A stretch of 63,242 bases of DNA, filler included, from Reticulomyxa filosa (taxonomy: Eukaryota > Protista > Foraminifera): assembly GCA_000512085.1 (NCBI GenBank). It is 18 parts of 18 records of this genome, joined end to end, with 100 filler letters (N's around TTAATTAATTAA, not from the genome) between each part and the next. Parts side by side here need not be neighbours in the genome. Positions count along the whole stretch, not along the records: positions 13,467 to 15,451 come from ASPP01026011.1; positions 15,552 to 26,063 come from ASPP01002066.1; positions 26,164 to 27,643 come from ASPP01018030.1; 15 more parts are not named here. One strand, given 5' to 3'. The position numbers were made by a program, and so were the translations under genes. The notes under the pieces are model-generated. The model saw only the letters and a program-made list of their open reading frames with translations. It was not told the DNA's origin and searched no databases. Every line of letters starts with the position of its first letter. Positions within the stretch are counted from its first letter, which is position 1. Below, piece after piece: positions 13,467 through 26,699 of the stretch.

Positions 13467-14017
13467 AAGATCACTTGTAAAAATAGGGAACGAAGGTAAT
13501 TGGATAAAGTGTTATGATTTTTTACAATTCGTGAGCACTATGCAAAAAAAACATTCCTTTCAAAGTTTGCTTAATAAGTTTTTCCGTTTTGGTAATAACA
13601 AACAGGAAGAGAAAAATTTTAAAATATTTGTTATTTGAATTGTTTATTTTGTGATTATATACAACAACAATTTGCAATGTTTATTTTTAAACAATTTATG
13701 AGCTTTCTTGTCTAATCTTTTAAACTACATACAATTTGTTTGTAATATTTAGTTTCTAAAATGCTATTTTTTCAGTTCATATAATGATATTTTTCCATTT
13801 ATGATTTTTATTCATACTTTGTCACATTACAAATAGAAATTTAGGTATTGTACTATTTTTCTCTGGTTTATCATTTGTGTCAAATAATAAATTAATGAAG
13901 ATAAACTCAAATTATAATTTTTTATTGAAGTAAAAAACAATTTAATAAACTAAATTCAAATTTAAAGTTTTTTCAAGAATAATTATAGCTCAAACTTTTT
14001 TTCAAAAAATGAAATTT

Positions 14018-14384
14018 CTACTTATTATTAACTGTCAATGAATATTTTCCAAAGTGACGATTTTCATACTGCTGATGATTGTACTGGTGAATATAATTAT
14101 TGCTTCTTCCTAAAAAAAGAAAATAACAACAAAATATTTAAATGAAAAATAGAAAAATATTTTATTACTTAACTGGTAAGTGGCATTACCATTATGATCA
14201 TACTAAAAAATGATGATAAAAATATAATACCGAAAACTGCCAATACAGCTTTGTAATAATCCAAGTTAACGGAATAAACCAGAGCAGCAAAACTTAAAGT
14301 AATAACAAATACGATTAAATTCAATTGACAGGCATTTGAATCTTGACATTTACGTACAAGTTGGGTTACATGTTTCATGATCAT
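14018..14384 (-). CDS. Small (~100 aa) two-TM membrane protein, tandem copy 1
   Basis: Exon 14174-14384, intron 14110-14173 (GTTAAG..TTTTAG), exon 14018-14109. Two hydrophobic stretches, then the polar tail RRSNNYIHQYNHQQYENRHFGKYSLTVNNK*. Confidence 0.6.
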
Positions 14385-15206
14385 CTTTTTTCTTTATAAT
14401 AACTAGCTGGAAAAAAATTCAAGGGACAGTAAATTTTAAATTTTTTTTTTGAAATTATATGGTAAAAGTAATAATTTGATTAAATCATATCAAATAATTC
14501 ATTCGTTCTTTAAATTACAAATAAAATATGATTAAAATATAATTGCTCAAACATATTTATAGTGGCCAATTCTTTTGATAAAACTAAAACAAAGCAATTG
14601 GTTAATTTAAAAACATAAAACTTGGATTATAATCGTAAATTATTGATCATTTTGATTGAAATTGTGCATTAAAAAATTTTTTTTGAATATATATATCTTT
14701 CATCATTTTATATATTAATATTGTTTCAAATATCTTTTTTTGATTTTTGAAATTGTAACGAAACAATTCACATATTCTATCTTTATAATATACATTGGAT
14801 TAGATTAGATTAAATTTATAAAACAATCGTTTTGGTAATAACAAATAGAAAGAGAAAAATTTTAAAATATTTGTTATTCGAATTATTTATTTTGTGATTA
14901 TATAAAACAACAATTTGCAATGTTTATTTTTAAACAATTTGTGATCTTTATTGTTATTTTTCATCAAATGTTCAAATCATACATAACATAAGAAATAGTT
15001 TGCAAATTTTCAGAGTTACTCCAATTGATAAGTACATTGTCAGATGAATTTTCTTCGAACATAAGAAAGCAATAACGTTAATGTCTGAACTTTTAAACAT
15101 ACATACAATTTGTTTTTAATATTTAGTTTTTAAAATGCCATTTTACCAAATTTAAAGCTTTTTCAAGAATAATCATGTTCAAATTTTTTTTCAAAAAATA
15201 AAATTT

Positions 15207-15451
15207 CTAATTATTATTGTTGACTGTCAATGAATATTGCCCAAAATGACGACGGTTATGCTGCTGATTGTAATGGTTACAATTATAATTATTGCTTCTT
15301 CCTAAAAAAAAAAAAACAACAACAAAATATTTAAATGAAAAATATAAAAATATTTTATTAATTAACTGGTAAGTGGCATTACCATTATGACCACAATAAA
15401 AAATGAGGATAAAAATATAATCCCGAAAACTGCCAATACAGCTTTGTAATA
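15207..15451 (-). CDS. Small two-TM membrane protein, tandem copy 2 (5' truncated by contig end)
   Basis: YYKAVLAVFGIIFLSSFFIVVIMVMPLT, the same intron position, then RRSNNYNCNHYNQQHNRRHFGQYSLTVNNNN*. Confidence 0.55.
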
Positions 15452-15569
15452 NNNNNNNNNNNNNNNNNNNNNNNNNNNNNNNNNNNNNNNNNNNNTTAAT
15501 TAATTAANNNNNNNNNNNNNNNNNNNNNNNNNNNNNNNNNNNNNNNNNNNNAAAAAAAAAAAAAAACAA

Positions 15570-16249
15570 AACTCAACGAATGGAGGTGTGTCTGAGTCGG
15601 ACATATCGTCGTTGTCGTCATCATTGTCCATGTCATTATCGTGACCACGGTCACTGTCATGGCCGTTGCTGTAGTTATTGCTATGGGCGTTGTCGTCGTT
15701 GTGACTATGGCTATGACTATAACTAAGGTTACTGTGGATGGAGTTGGGATTGTAGTTGTATTCGTCTCTGTAACTGCTCTCGACTGACATGTGATGGTTC
15801 AACAGCTGCATTTTTGACTCTTGTGTTGGCATTGTGTCTTCTTCTTTCTCAAATCCGATAAAAACATTGATTGCGTCTTCAATGTTTTTCACTGGGGTCA
15901 CGCTTTGTTTCGCTTTTGTACTTTCATTCATCCCAATTACTGCTTCTGATATTTTTATACTCACACTCTTTTTCATATTCACATTGTTATTGTTGTTGTT
16001 GTTGTTGTTGTTATTGTTGTTATTGTTGTTCAGCAATTGTCTTCCTTCTATCCATGGTACTGATAGTGTCGATAATTGCTGCGGTTCTTGGTAGACGTGT
16101 CCATATGCTATACCTTCACCTATCCCGTCGCTGACGCCGTTCTCCGAACCTGTACGTGCATAGCTTGGTCCTTCTACCTGTTTTTCTTCATTTTCATTCA
16201 AGTTGGTGGGGAAAAAATTATACGATTTATCTGAGCGTTTTCGTTCCAT
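15570..16249 (-). CDS. Hypothetical low-complexity N/D/H/S-rich protein, first exon, 3' partial
   Basis: Open frame MERKRSDKSYNFFP...SDSDTPP, then a probable intron into the contig end. Confidence 0.5.
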
Positions 16250-16600
16250 ATGTAATGTCTCAGTTAAACGATTGCTATGGGGAACCAAAAAAAAAAATTG
16301 AAATTGCAAACTCGTTTTTGTTTGTGTACGGCTGTTTAAATTCCATTTGATAGATGGCCCAAATTGAAATAGAAAATATTCATGTCTTTTTTATCGTCTT
16401 CAACGGCGCTAGATCATTGATTTTATTAATTTTATCTTAGAACACTCTACTCTAATAATTCTACCGATAATTAACATAAACAGCATTTAAAAGGTACATT
16501 TGAGAGGAGTAGTTTAAGTAAAAAGATTGAAAATGTAATTGTCAATTTATATTGAGAAAAAAAGAGGCATTATTTTCAAAAAAATGTTTGAAGTGTAGAC

Positions 16601-17359
16601 CTAAAAAAAATGATGAGGAAGAGTATCAAAATCAAAGAAAGTTCCACTAATTAGCAGAAGATAAGTATAAATGGAACATATCAAATTGGACGAACTGTAC
16701 CAGTCCAAATACAATGAATTCTTCACCCAATAACGAATTGGTTGGTCATAAAATTTTAGAGGAGACCATCTCAAACCAACTTGATAGGGAAGATAGAGGC
16801 GCTGGAACGGCTCTGCCATAGTAACAGATCCACTTCCTGTACTGTCTTCTTTGCTTTCATTTGTGTCCTTTGTTGTCAATTGTGAGACCTTCATTCGAAA
16901 CAAGACAAAAGACTGCTTTTCGAAATTATCGAACAACATGCCAATAATTATTCGAATGCAGTCATCGTTTAAAGAATACATTTTGGACAAAATTATTGCT
17001 AAAGTATGTTCCACCACTCCCAAACCATAGGATTCATATTGCCAATATTCATGGTCTCTAAAGTTTACTGCTATCAAAAAATAAGAACAATCCATTGTTG
17101 ATATATTGTCGAAAAAGATTGCTTGATCTGAGAATGATTGATTTTTTAACAAAAATGTATTTTGAATCATCCGTCGTAGGTATAGTTCGTTACCAGGAAA
17201 CTTTTCGGCTTTGTTTTTGTTCTTTTTTTTTGCTTCGTTCCATTTTTCTACTAAACGTTGTCGGTATGCAACAGTTTGTTGCCATTGATGCTGTTTTAGT
17301 ACGGAAGGCCATGTATTTAAACCTTCAAGAAATCTTTCCTCCTCAAGTGATGAAAACAT
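16601..17359 (-). CDS. Hypothetical protein (252 aa ORF)
   Basis: Long ORF of ordinary composition in an AT-rich background; no family recognised. Confidence 0.5.
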   Translation of the reverse strand: MFSSLEEERFLEGLNTWPSVLKQHQWQQTVAYRQRLVEKWNEAKKKNKNKAEKFPGNELYLRRMIQNTFLLKNQSFSDQAIFFDNISTMDCSYFLIAVNFRDHEYWQYESYGLGVVEHTLAIILSKMYSLNDDCIRIIIGMLFDNFEKQSFVLFRMKVSQLTTKDTNESKEDSTGSGSVTMAEPFQRLYLPYQVGLRWSPLKFYDQPIRYWVKNSLYLDWYSSSNLICSIYTYLLLISGTFFDFDTLPHHFF

Positions 17360-18385
17360 TTTTGAGAGGAGTTATATTTAAAAAAGATCACAACCTTTCT
17401 GCTTACTGAATATTTAGTAAAGTATTCAAATAGTGTTGCTTTCATTTTCTTTAATTTTAAAATCGAGTCACCATTTTCTAGTTTTTTGAAGTGTTATAAA
17501 AAATAACGGATCGACACTTTTACACTCAATTTATAAAAACAAATTTCTACAATCTTGGCAAAAACATAATTGGCAAACTGTCAACCATTTCAAGCGACTT
17601 TGATTATGTTGAATGCTGTGTACTTGGGAAAAGCGTTTCAGAAAAACATATAATAACTCATTGTATTATTGTTTGTTATGCTACAACTTGTGTTATTTGT
17701 TAAACAAATAACACTGGCAAATGATTCAATTTTGTTATTATTCTATCAACAATGATACTACAAAACAGTAAACATTTGTTTGATCTTTAAAAAAAATTGA
17801 TTTTAAGAACAAAGCATTTTGTAAAAATTTTAAAAAAGAAGTGTTATTCATGTGAAATGTGAATATTATAAGCATTTATATATTATAATGAATGAAAAAT
17901 AAATATAACAGAATGCAATTGACTTAGACAACAGTTTGTTCTAATTCCAATTAAAATTCGATTGTTAAATGTAATTCTATATACTGGTTCCATAACATGT
18001 ATAACACTTTTTATAATTTTCTTTTAAATATAAAATGTATCGTATTTGAGTTGATTTTCATTCAGTCATTAAAAAATGCATGAAAAGTGTTATTAATCAT
18101 GCTGTCGAGTGCAAATGAAAGATTGATATATTTCAAAGTGTTCACACACGTTAAATTGAATTTATAGAAATTCAAGTGTGTTAAAGTATATATTATGTTT
18201 CCACATCTTATATAGTATTGCAAGATTATGATAATGTTTAATATTTGTTTGAGCGACTTGTATTAGCATTGCATAAAGTACTGCAGACATTCTACAGTTT
18301 GCAAAAGACAGCGTTTACTGCTCTGACAAAGAGTTTTTGAGTTACCTTCTTTACTAGGCATTTCACAGTTGGATTGTTTTGAAAT

Positions 18386-21300
18386 ATGGAAACGTTTTCG
18401 ACGACGATGAAAACGATACAACCGTTGTATATGCATGAATATGTGATAAAACTGATTGAACAAGCGGAGCACTTGAATGACTTGCTGTCGTTGATAAGTC
18501 AGCTGTTTGACATTGAGGAACTAAAAGAGATATTGAAACAAAAAATGAACAGAATTTGCGAAGTGTTGAAAAGTGACAAAAGCAGCGCGAACAACCAGCA
18601 GCTCCTTGTATCAGAAGAAAAAATCCGAAGTGTATATTTACGTACATGTTCCATCGATCAAATCTTGCCAACAAGCGTGCAGTTGCATATAATCTCCTAT
18701 TTGGAGTCTGCTTCTTTCGCGTATTTGCCTTTGCTATCTCACTCTTTTCATCACCTACTCTGTGCCTATCCAACACTATACAAAGCAGTTTCTATAATCT
18801 AACCCAAAACAATCGAGTGAAAGAAAAAAAAAAAAAAAAAAAAAGTGAGGGATAACACGTGAGACAGTGCAATGCGCCAACAACACATCAAAAAAAAAAA
18901 AAAAAATTTGTGTATACGTAATGTATTGTGAAAAGGTTTGTGTAAATAATGAAAGTGTGTTTTTGAACATAAACAAGTATACAGTGGAAATAGAAGACAG
19001 AAAAAAAAGACCGGTAATTACATATAATGAAGAGATACGCTTTGATATCGACCATTTATCTCAGTACGTGGGGATAGCCATCTGCGATTCTTTCAAAGGC
19101 AAAGTCCATGAAGAGAAAAGCAGCACTTTTGATCGCCTTGTGGTCAATAGCTTTCCTTGGCATGCAATTCGTCGTTGGCAAATCAGCGGTTACCAAACAA
19201 AAAAACGTGCAAACATGTAACATTTTGTTTTGCAATGCAATACAAGGATACCATACAAACAAACAAAAAAAAAAAAAAGGGAATTTGAATTGGTTTCCGG
19301 CATTGAATCAAAAACCAAAGTTTAATTTTCAATCATTATTCGAGGTAACAAGTAATGGCAGGTTTAAACGCAGAAACGTTTTGCGAAAGCGGCGCGTGTC
19401 TCTGAGAGTAAAACACAAGACTAAGGACATGAAATTCAAAGAGGACAGCAGTGAGGAGAGTGATTTGGGCGAGACATTGAAAGAGACAGAAGACATGGAA
19501 ATCAGTGACAATTATGGATATATTGATTACACTGCAATTTTACACGTGGAGCCGAAAAAAAAAAGATCGATTGCGAAGAAAGAAGAAGAAGAAGAAGAAG
19601 AAGAAGAAGAAAAAAAAAAAGAAAAAGAAAAAGAAAAAAAGAAAGAAGGAAAAGGAGACGAAGAAGAAGAAAAGAAAGACGAAAATGCGAATGTTCCTTC
19701 CTATTTATGGGGAAGTGTATCGGAACTTCGGGAACAAGAAACGGACGATATTAAGCGCAGTACCAATATTTTCGGATCACAAGAGAGAATAAAGAGCATG
19801 AGTTCGGATCGGTGGGAATTTGAGCTCAATCCTTTGTTAATAGAATCGCCGATCCAACCTGCCACTGGCACAGTCGCACTGTTTGTCACGGAAGATATAA
19901 ACATTTGCAAGAGATTCGAGAAACATATAAGAGCGAGCTATCTCAAAAAACGGATGGAAAATACTTCCTGGGATTCGGGAAATACACAATGGAGTACTAC
20001 TCGTGCCTTTCAATATGATGGCAATGTAGCCTATGTGGAAGACAATGATGCCATCGAAGAAGCTTGGGATTGTCCTTCCGACGGTGTACGCACTCACGCG
20101 AAGCAGAGCGAGCAAAGAGTGGACATGGAAGCGCTTAGACATTGGGAAAACGCATTGAAGCAATTGTGCAAAGAGTGTGCGCCCTTGCGAGGCGACGTGA
20201 TTGCAGGAGAGTATGCTTCCGTCAGTCGAGTCATTGTCGATATGGCAAAAATCCAGTATTTATATGATCACGTGCTTTGTGTGCGAGAAGTCATTGAGCA
20301 TTTGAGTCGCGACAGAGACGAGTTTGGCGCCTATCCTTTTTGCGAGTGCAATTCCATGACGGGATTTGTCGTGAGTGCATGGATCCATCAAGAACAAAAG
20401 ATGGACGACTACGACAACGGTGGTCATGACCACGAATCGAGTAAACTGATATGCGACATTGCTTGGAATTGTGTGCAACTTGGAGATGAGTTTTCACGCA
20501 TTTGTCGAGAAGGGATGGATAGCATCCGAAATGCTCAAAAGTACATTGTGTTTTGTTACCAAATTGATTTTTCCAAAACGACGAGTAATTTCGAAGAAGC
20601 GTCGAATGCTAACACCTGTGATGTCACAAATGACTTCCCAATGCTTGACATTTTGAGGATGCACGATAAAAATGAAGAAAAAGAGCACATTTTATCTAAA
20701 GAAAAGCAATTATTACGTTGGAAAGAAAAAATGGATTTTTTTTTTTTTTTATAAAAAAATTAAATGTATGTTGTATGTGTATACATATATGCATGGTTCA
20801 GAGAACATTCAAAAATGGAAGTCCCTTAGTCTTGGACGTACTGAAAAAAAGTCAAAAATCAATTCGCTCATTGACCTTCAGATATGGCATTCCCAATTAT
20901 CGAATCGCAGAGTATCCCAATTTCTCCAATCTGTTTTCATTGCATTTGAGTGGTACCATGTACGATCACAGATTGGATTGGGTGAATTCCAGTAAATTGC
21001 CGCAGTTGCGATATCTCGTGATCGAAGGGCTGGTCTTCCCTTTTCACGAAATCGATTTGAATTCGCTGTATGCGCACATTGAGCAAAGCACAATTTACGA
21101 CGCTCCTCAAATGCTAATTGAAAAAGCGTGTCACGGCAAGAGTGAAACGGTGGCTGCCAATCGCGAAATACAACTAGTCAATTCGCTGCTCGATTCGTGT
21201 CCACATCTCTTGGCATTTAATTACATCTACAGCGGTCGTATTAAGGAGTTCACTTTGAGAGACGATACCAAATCAACTCGCTCAAAGGAGTCCATTCGAG

Positions 21301-22205
21301 AAGACCTGACCCGTCCTGTATTGCGCATACCATCTCACATCGAATGGTTGTTCTTGCAGGACATTACCGAGTCTGCGTGGATCGATTTGAGTCAATGCAA
21401 ATTCATTGCTGGATTGTCTGCAAAAAGTTGAGTGGATCATTTAAATTGACTTTTCTTTTGTAATCTGTCCATTTATTTGCTGCCACAACACCAAACAACA
21501 TTAAAAAGATATATCTCCTGGATGCATTCAATGGCCCAAACTACCATTGAAGATTGGCTGTCTGCAGATTGGCAGTCAAAGGAAGCTATTTCGACTTAGC
21601 CAAAAAAAAGATTTGACTTTAATGCTTGGCAAAACTTTTTGTCTGCTGGCAGTGATGCCAACTCACAACGACCATTGATTGCTGCGCAACTGCTCTTGTT
21701 CAATTCGAACCCATCACCTTTCTGTGACAGAATATACGACTTAACCAAAAATGGCTCCATCATTCCAAAAATCTATCAGATCAAGATCGAAGCTCAGATC
21801 AAAGACGTATCATCAGATGTTGAGATTGAAGACAAGAGTCGTCCCAAATTCATAGTTTTGACAAAATCCAAAGAGTCGGTTTCCGAACCATTAGATCCAT
21901 TTTTCATCACACAACCATCCTTGCCTCTACGATCTGCTATACAATTATGGCTACATTTGAAAAACAACCACTTATCTTTAGTGTTGGATGATTCTAATCA
22001 CGCTGATTATGATCTCAACGAAAATTTCAACAAAAAACAATTGTTTGTCAAGATCACGGAAATCATGGGTATGGACAGCGCAAGAATCAAAGAATATCAA
22101 GAATGGTTTGATATTGGCATTGCTGATTGGATTCATCACTTTGGAATTGCAATCAATAAAATTGTAAAAAGGAAACAGATTGTGACAAAAAAATATCAAC
22201 AATAG
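18386..22205 (+). CDS. F-box protein with acidic/Lys-rich insert and LRR-like C-terminal part, 5 exons
   Basis: F-box-like SIDQILPTSVQLHIISYLESASFAYLPLLSHSFHHL; LRR-like FSNLFSLHLSG, LPQLRYLVIEG, CPHLLAFNY. GTT introns start near 18788, 19188, 20716 and 21427. Probable single-base frameshifts near 20823 and 21602. Confidence 0.65.
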
Positions 22206-22434
22206 GAATACTTTTTTTTTTTGAGCAGTTTACACCATCTTTGTTCTTGTTACAAATTTTCATTATTTATTCAAATGTTCTTTTTTTTTTTTTTGCTTTA
22301 AAAAAAAAAATCAAGTTACATCCAAGAGCATTTAATCATTTCAATTCAAAAGATCTATGAAATTTTTTAATAAGACAAGCACTAAATGATTTCTTTTGAA
22401 TAAAGGGAAAAATACACAAAAAAAAAAGCGAAAA

Positions 22435-24280
22435 ATGACTCTACCAAATGACGCAATTTCGTTAGGTCATCGACAAGAACGTTTTTCTTCCACTGAGCCA
22501 TTACGATTGCCAGTGAATACCCTGCCGAACGACGTTCCTGACCTCCCATTTTCGCCGCAGGTATTTGATGACGTGGCGGTCCTTGAGCGCAAGCAAAGTC
22601 TTGAAAATGATTGGGTGATGTTACCAATGGACGAAGAAGAAGCTTCCTTCCTTTGACGAACGAGATAGCCTTCGATGAAGTAGAGCTAAAGAATATGGAC
22701 GAAGGCAATGACACAGCATTGCGTTATCGCAACTCGAGTGAGCTGTACTCGCAGCCACAGCCACAGCCACAGCCACAGCCACAGTTGCAATCGCGACCAC
22801 CACGAAAGCGGCCACCACCTCCTCAAAGAGTAGATACAAGTAGTCAAGATATTTCAAATGGCAATACAAACAATGTGAACGAGAATGAAGTAGAAATGGA
22901 TGACGAGCAAGCAATCCATGAGCCGAATAGAAAAGGATCGACAATAGTATCGCAAGCAGAAATAATCGAACCCATCAATCATAGCAATCCGGATGCAATA
23001 CTAAAATTGCCACCAGAATTGGCAGCGGAAACGGATTCGGACGAGTCGAACGATGATCCATCCAAAAACGCAAGCATTTTTGAAGCGAGCAAAGCGCTGG
23101 TGAAGCGACTGTCCAATCGTAACAGCAACAATATCGATACTTCCAAAAAGCATGGATACATCAGTAGCAATTCATCCAACAGCGTTTCTCATCACCCCCA
23201 GCGATCCCTTCCATTTGAAAATTTCTTTGGTGGTCGACAGAAGTCAAAAAAAAAAACCTTTCTGCCGACTTAAGCACCACCACTCATCGAACAGAAAAAT
23301 CACCTGTGTTAGGTACTTTGAATTTTTTTTTAAAAAAAAAAATATATATATATATATTCAAATGGGTCATAGATGTATTCATTGACGAGCGAATGACTAG
23401 TTTACATCCTTATGTAATGCGTGGACCATACAAGGACAACACAAAAAATTGGTATTGCGAATTCAAGTTTTGCGAAAAAACCAAACATTTGAAACCGGAA
23501 TGCCAGTCAATTGGCTATTGGATGTCTTCGAAATACGAAAGTGATTTCATTCTTTGCGACGACTGTGTCAAAAAGTACTCTCGTAGTCACGTCCCAGTTA
23601 ATATCTTAGAGTTTACTTGCTCTGTCGTTGAATGCCTCCTACGTATACAAAAGTGATGTGGCAACTACACACAGAACGATGACGATAATGGCATTTCGTT
23701 CGCACGAGCAATGGCAAAAAATGAAAAAATGAAAGAGGGATACATGACAAAGCAAGGGGGATCAATTAAAACTTGGCGAAGGCGATATTTTGTACTTTTT
23801 AGTGATGGCCAAATGTATTATTTTAAACAAAAGGAAAATCAAGAAATTGCTAAAGGAAGCGTCGATTTGAGCACTACACATCGTCTTGTCAAGTTGTCCT
23901 TAAATCATGAATTTCACGTTTCTACCAGAGAACGAACGTGGTGTTTTCGGACTGACGACGAACTTGAAAAAAATGATTGGTTAGACGCCATCACCAAACT
24001 TACTAAAATCAAACGAAAAACACTTACAAATTCAAATGATTCAAAAGAAAAAAATATTGCACCTTTAGCATCAGTTACCACACTTTGCACAGAACAAAAT
24101 CTTGCCACTGCAAAACCCTCACGAATTAAACAATTTCATAAATTGGATGTTGCCACTAAATTGGTTAAACCAAATGAAAAACAAAATAATACTACTCCCA
24201 GAAACATAAAACACTCAAAAAAACCTAGAAGAACTATTTCTGAACAACTTAATGGGCTTTCCCAAGAAAAACTGATGTAA
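22435..24280 (+). CDS. PH-domain protein with a disordered N-terminus and a C1/ZZ-like Cys/His module
   Basis: PH domain KEGYMTKQGGSIKTWRRRYFVLFSDGQMYYFK...ERTWCFRTDDELEKNDWLDAI; upstream H..WYC..C...DFILCDDCVKKY. Introns ~23312-23371 and ~23597-23674. Frame breaks at ~22650 and in the A11 run at ~23246. Confidence 0.8.
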
Positions 24281-26220
24281 AACTATTCGAACAAATGAGT
24301 AAATTAACAAATTTATAATATACAATAGACATACATAAATATTTGCTTTTTTCAAATTTTGTTTATCTTCATGATATGTTCTTTTTTTTGTTTGTGTTAA
24401 ATTGTTTTGAATTGTACAGCTTGTTGTTTTTAAAAAAAGTAACTTATACTTTTTCCTTTGTTTTTTTAAAAATATATACATATATATCCCATTGTGCATA
24501 TTTTCGTTTCATCAACTCAACGGAAAACTTGAAATTGTATTGCTAGTCTTGTTCAATCTAAAGAAATATCAATTCTGCACAGTCTTTTAAAAAAGTTTGC
24601 AAGTTGTACAAGTTGATCAATATTTAGACAAACCACGTGAGACTATTGTATTTATATTTGATTGGCAGGGTTCTCTCAAAGACTAAGCAATTCGTTCACA
24701 AATGAACACAAAATTGATTTAAAAAGTCAGTTTTTTGTTTCTTAGTGACGTCAAAAAAATCACACGAATCATCGACCAGCTTGACAACAAAGTTTTAAAT
24801 TCTTTTCTCAAAGAAATTACTTAAAAACTTGACCATGTAAACACAAGACACGAAAGTATCAAAAAAAGAAATAAGAAAATAGTTCAAACTGCTTCCGTTA
24901 CAAGTCGATCTTTTATTATCGATCTTAGTTGACATTTTTGAGTTTTCATTAACACAATTATCGATATATATTTCCATAATTATCATCATATCACTATTAG
25001 TTTGTCAATGTAATTACTATGTATATTATTTTTACAGCAATACCACCAATGCCATTCACATAATCATACTCTATTGAAAAAATACATCATACAATAGTTT
25101 GAAGAAAAAATAGTACACATATTATGCCATTTTATAAATCGATTTTCTACATGAAAAATGAACATTTAAACTTAATTTTTTAAAATATAGTTTTTAAATA
25201 TGAAATTGGTTTGATAACTTTTTTCTATGTTGGTTAAAAACATCGTTTTTTCATATGATTTTGAAAATTTCGAAGTAATGCATATAAACTAAACACGTAT
25301 TACAATATTAAATTTTAACATCTTTTTGTTTCTTTTTTAGTAATCTTCAAATAAATATACTTTTTTAAAAAATTTACATTGTATCTTTCGTAGTTAAAAA
25401 ATTTAACTTTTAGCTTTTGGCGTTTATTTTTCATGTAGAAAATCGACTTTCTTTATATGTATGCAATTTAGTTATTAAAGCTTTTTTCAATTTATTGTAT
25501 TATGTTCACAAAGTAGCATAACATATTTGACATTTTTTCTGCAAACCACTATATTTGATAGTTTTTTTAACAACATAACATAAAACTGTTTTGCTTACAG
25601 TCTTATATATATTGTCATTTATTCTTGAATAATGTTTTTGCAATGTATTATCAACACAAAGAGATCAAAAATCATACTGTTAGGCAAATTGTGTTACATA
25701 AGAGCCGAGATGAGCGAGTCACTTAAGTTTTTCTTTTCAAACAAACAAAAGGGGCTTACTAGAAAAAAAACACAAGTATTTTCAGTAATGAGATATATCA
25801 ATTTAATATTTAACGCACAATAAACACATAATAAAGTAAAAATCATTACGGTGAAGCACTTTGATTAGTTTACAAAGTGATTATCTTTGCAAATGCTTGT
25901 ACGGAAATTATACGCGAAAAGTGACAAAACAAGATTGATCCAATTGAGACCTTTAGTGGATTACCAAGTACCGTACTTACAAAAATAGACAATTTTCCAT
26001 CAAAGATGATATCTTTGACGAGTTTATCAAGCACTTGTACTATATTGAAGGTGATTTGTGTGANNNNNNNNNNNNNNNNNNNNNNNNNNNNNNNNNNNNN
26101 NNNNNNNTTAATTAATTAANNNNNNNNNNNNNNNNNNNNNNNNNNNNNNNNNNNNNNNNNNNNTTTTTTTTTTTTTTTTTTTTTTTTATTTAAAAAAAAA
26201 AAAAAAGGAAAACACGAAAG

Positions 26221-26699
26221 AGGCGTTCTTATTCTTCGTACCAATGGCGGTGATCGCTTCGGTGTTTGGCTACCGTGCCTTTGGACCATGGGTCCCTCGT
26301 GCGGTCGGTGTTTTGGCTTTGACTGGCGCATTTTTCCGCTACAAAGTTATTTTTCTTGTTTTTTTTTTTTTTTTAGCATGAACCGAAAAAAAAATAAAAA
26401 GTGAATTTTTTTTTTTTGGGTGAGAACGAAATAGCCACTATACTTTTTAATTACTACGTTTGCTTGTTTGTTTGTGGTCCATTTTGTTATCTGTCTCGAA
26501 ATAAAATTGAAATATGCAATTCAAACAACAGTACGTAAAAGGGTATATCGAGAGCGCGGAAAAACGAGAGAAGCCATTCCATCGCAACATCACGTTTTCT
26601 GTGAGGCCAGTGGCCTTGTTGGCGGTGGCTTCCTGCGGCTACTTGGCTGGTCGCCAATTGTATGAGTATGTCCAATCCAAAAAGAAAAATGAAAGCTAG
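26221..26699 (+). CDS. MAPEG family protein (microsomal glutathione S-transferase 3-like), 5' partial
   Basis: Joining across intron ~26346-26530, with one T-run frameshift, gives EAFLFFVPMAVIASVFG..P..VGVLALTGAFFRYK|YVKGYIESAEKREKPF followed by a TM helix. This matches the MAPEG E..P / R..Y..GY.....R pattern. Confidence 0.65.

Larger units (their letters stand above)
13585..15451. repeat. Diverged tandem duplication, unit ~1.2 kb
   Basis: CGTTTTGGTAATAACAAA..AATTTGCAATGTTTATTTTTAAACAATTT occurs at ~13585 and ~14828; further colinear blocks run to 14260 and 15451. Confidence 0.9.

Noticed and set aside
23654-23710. In-frame TGA upstream of the PH domain as readthrough or an alternative genetic code
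   Set aside because: A phase-0 intron GTTAAT..ACACAG (~23597-23674) removes it. TGA, TAA and TAG all end conserved genes in this window.
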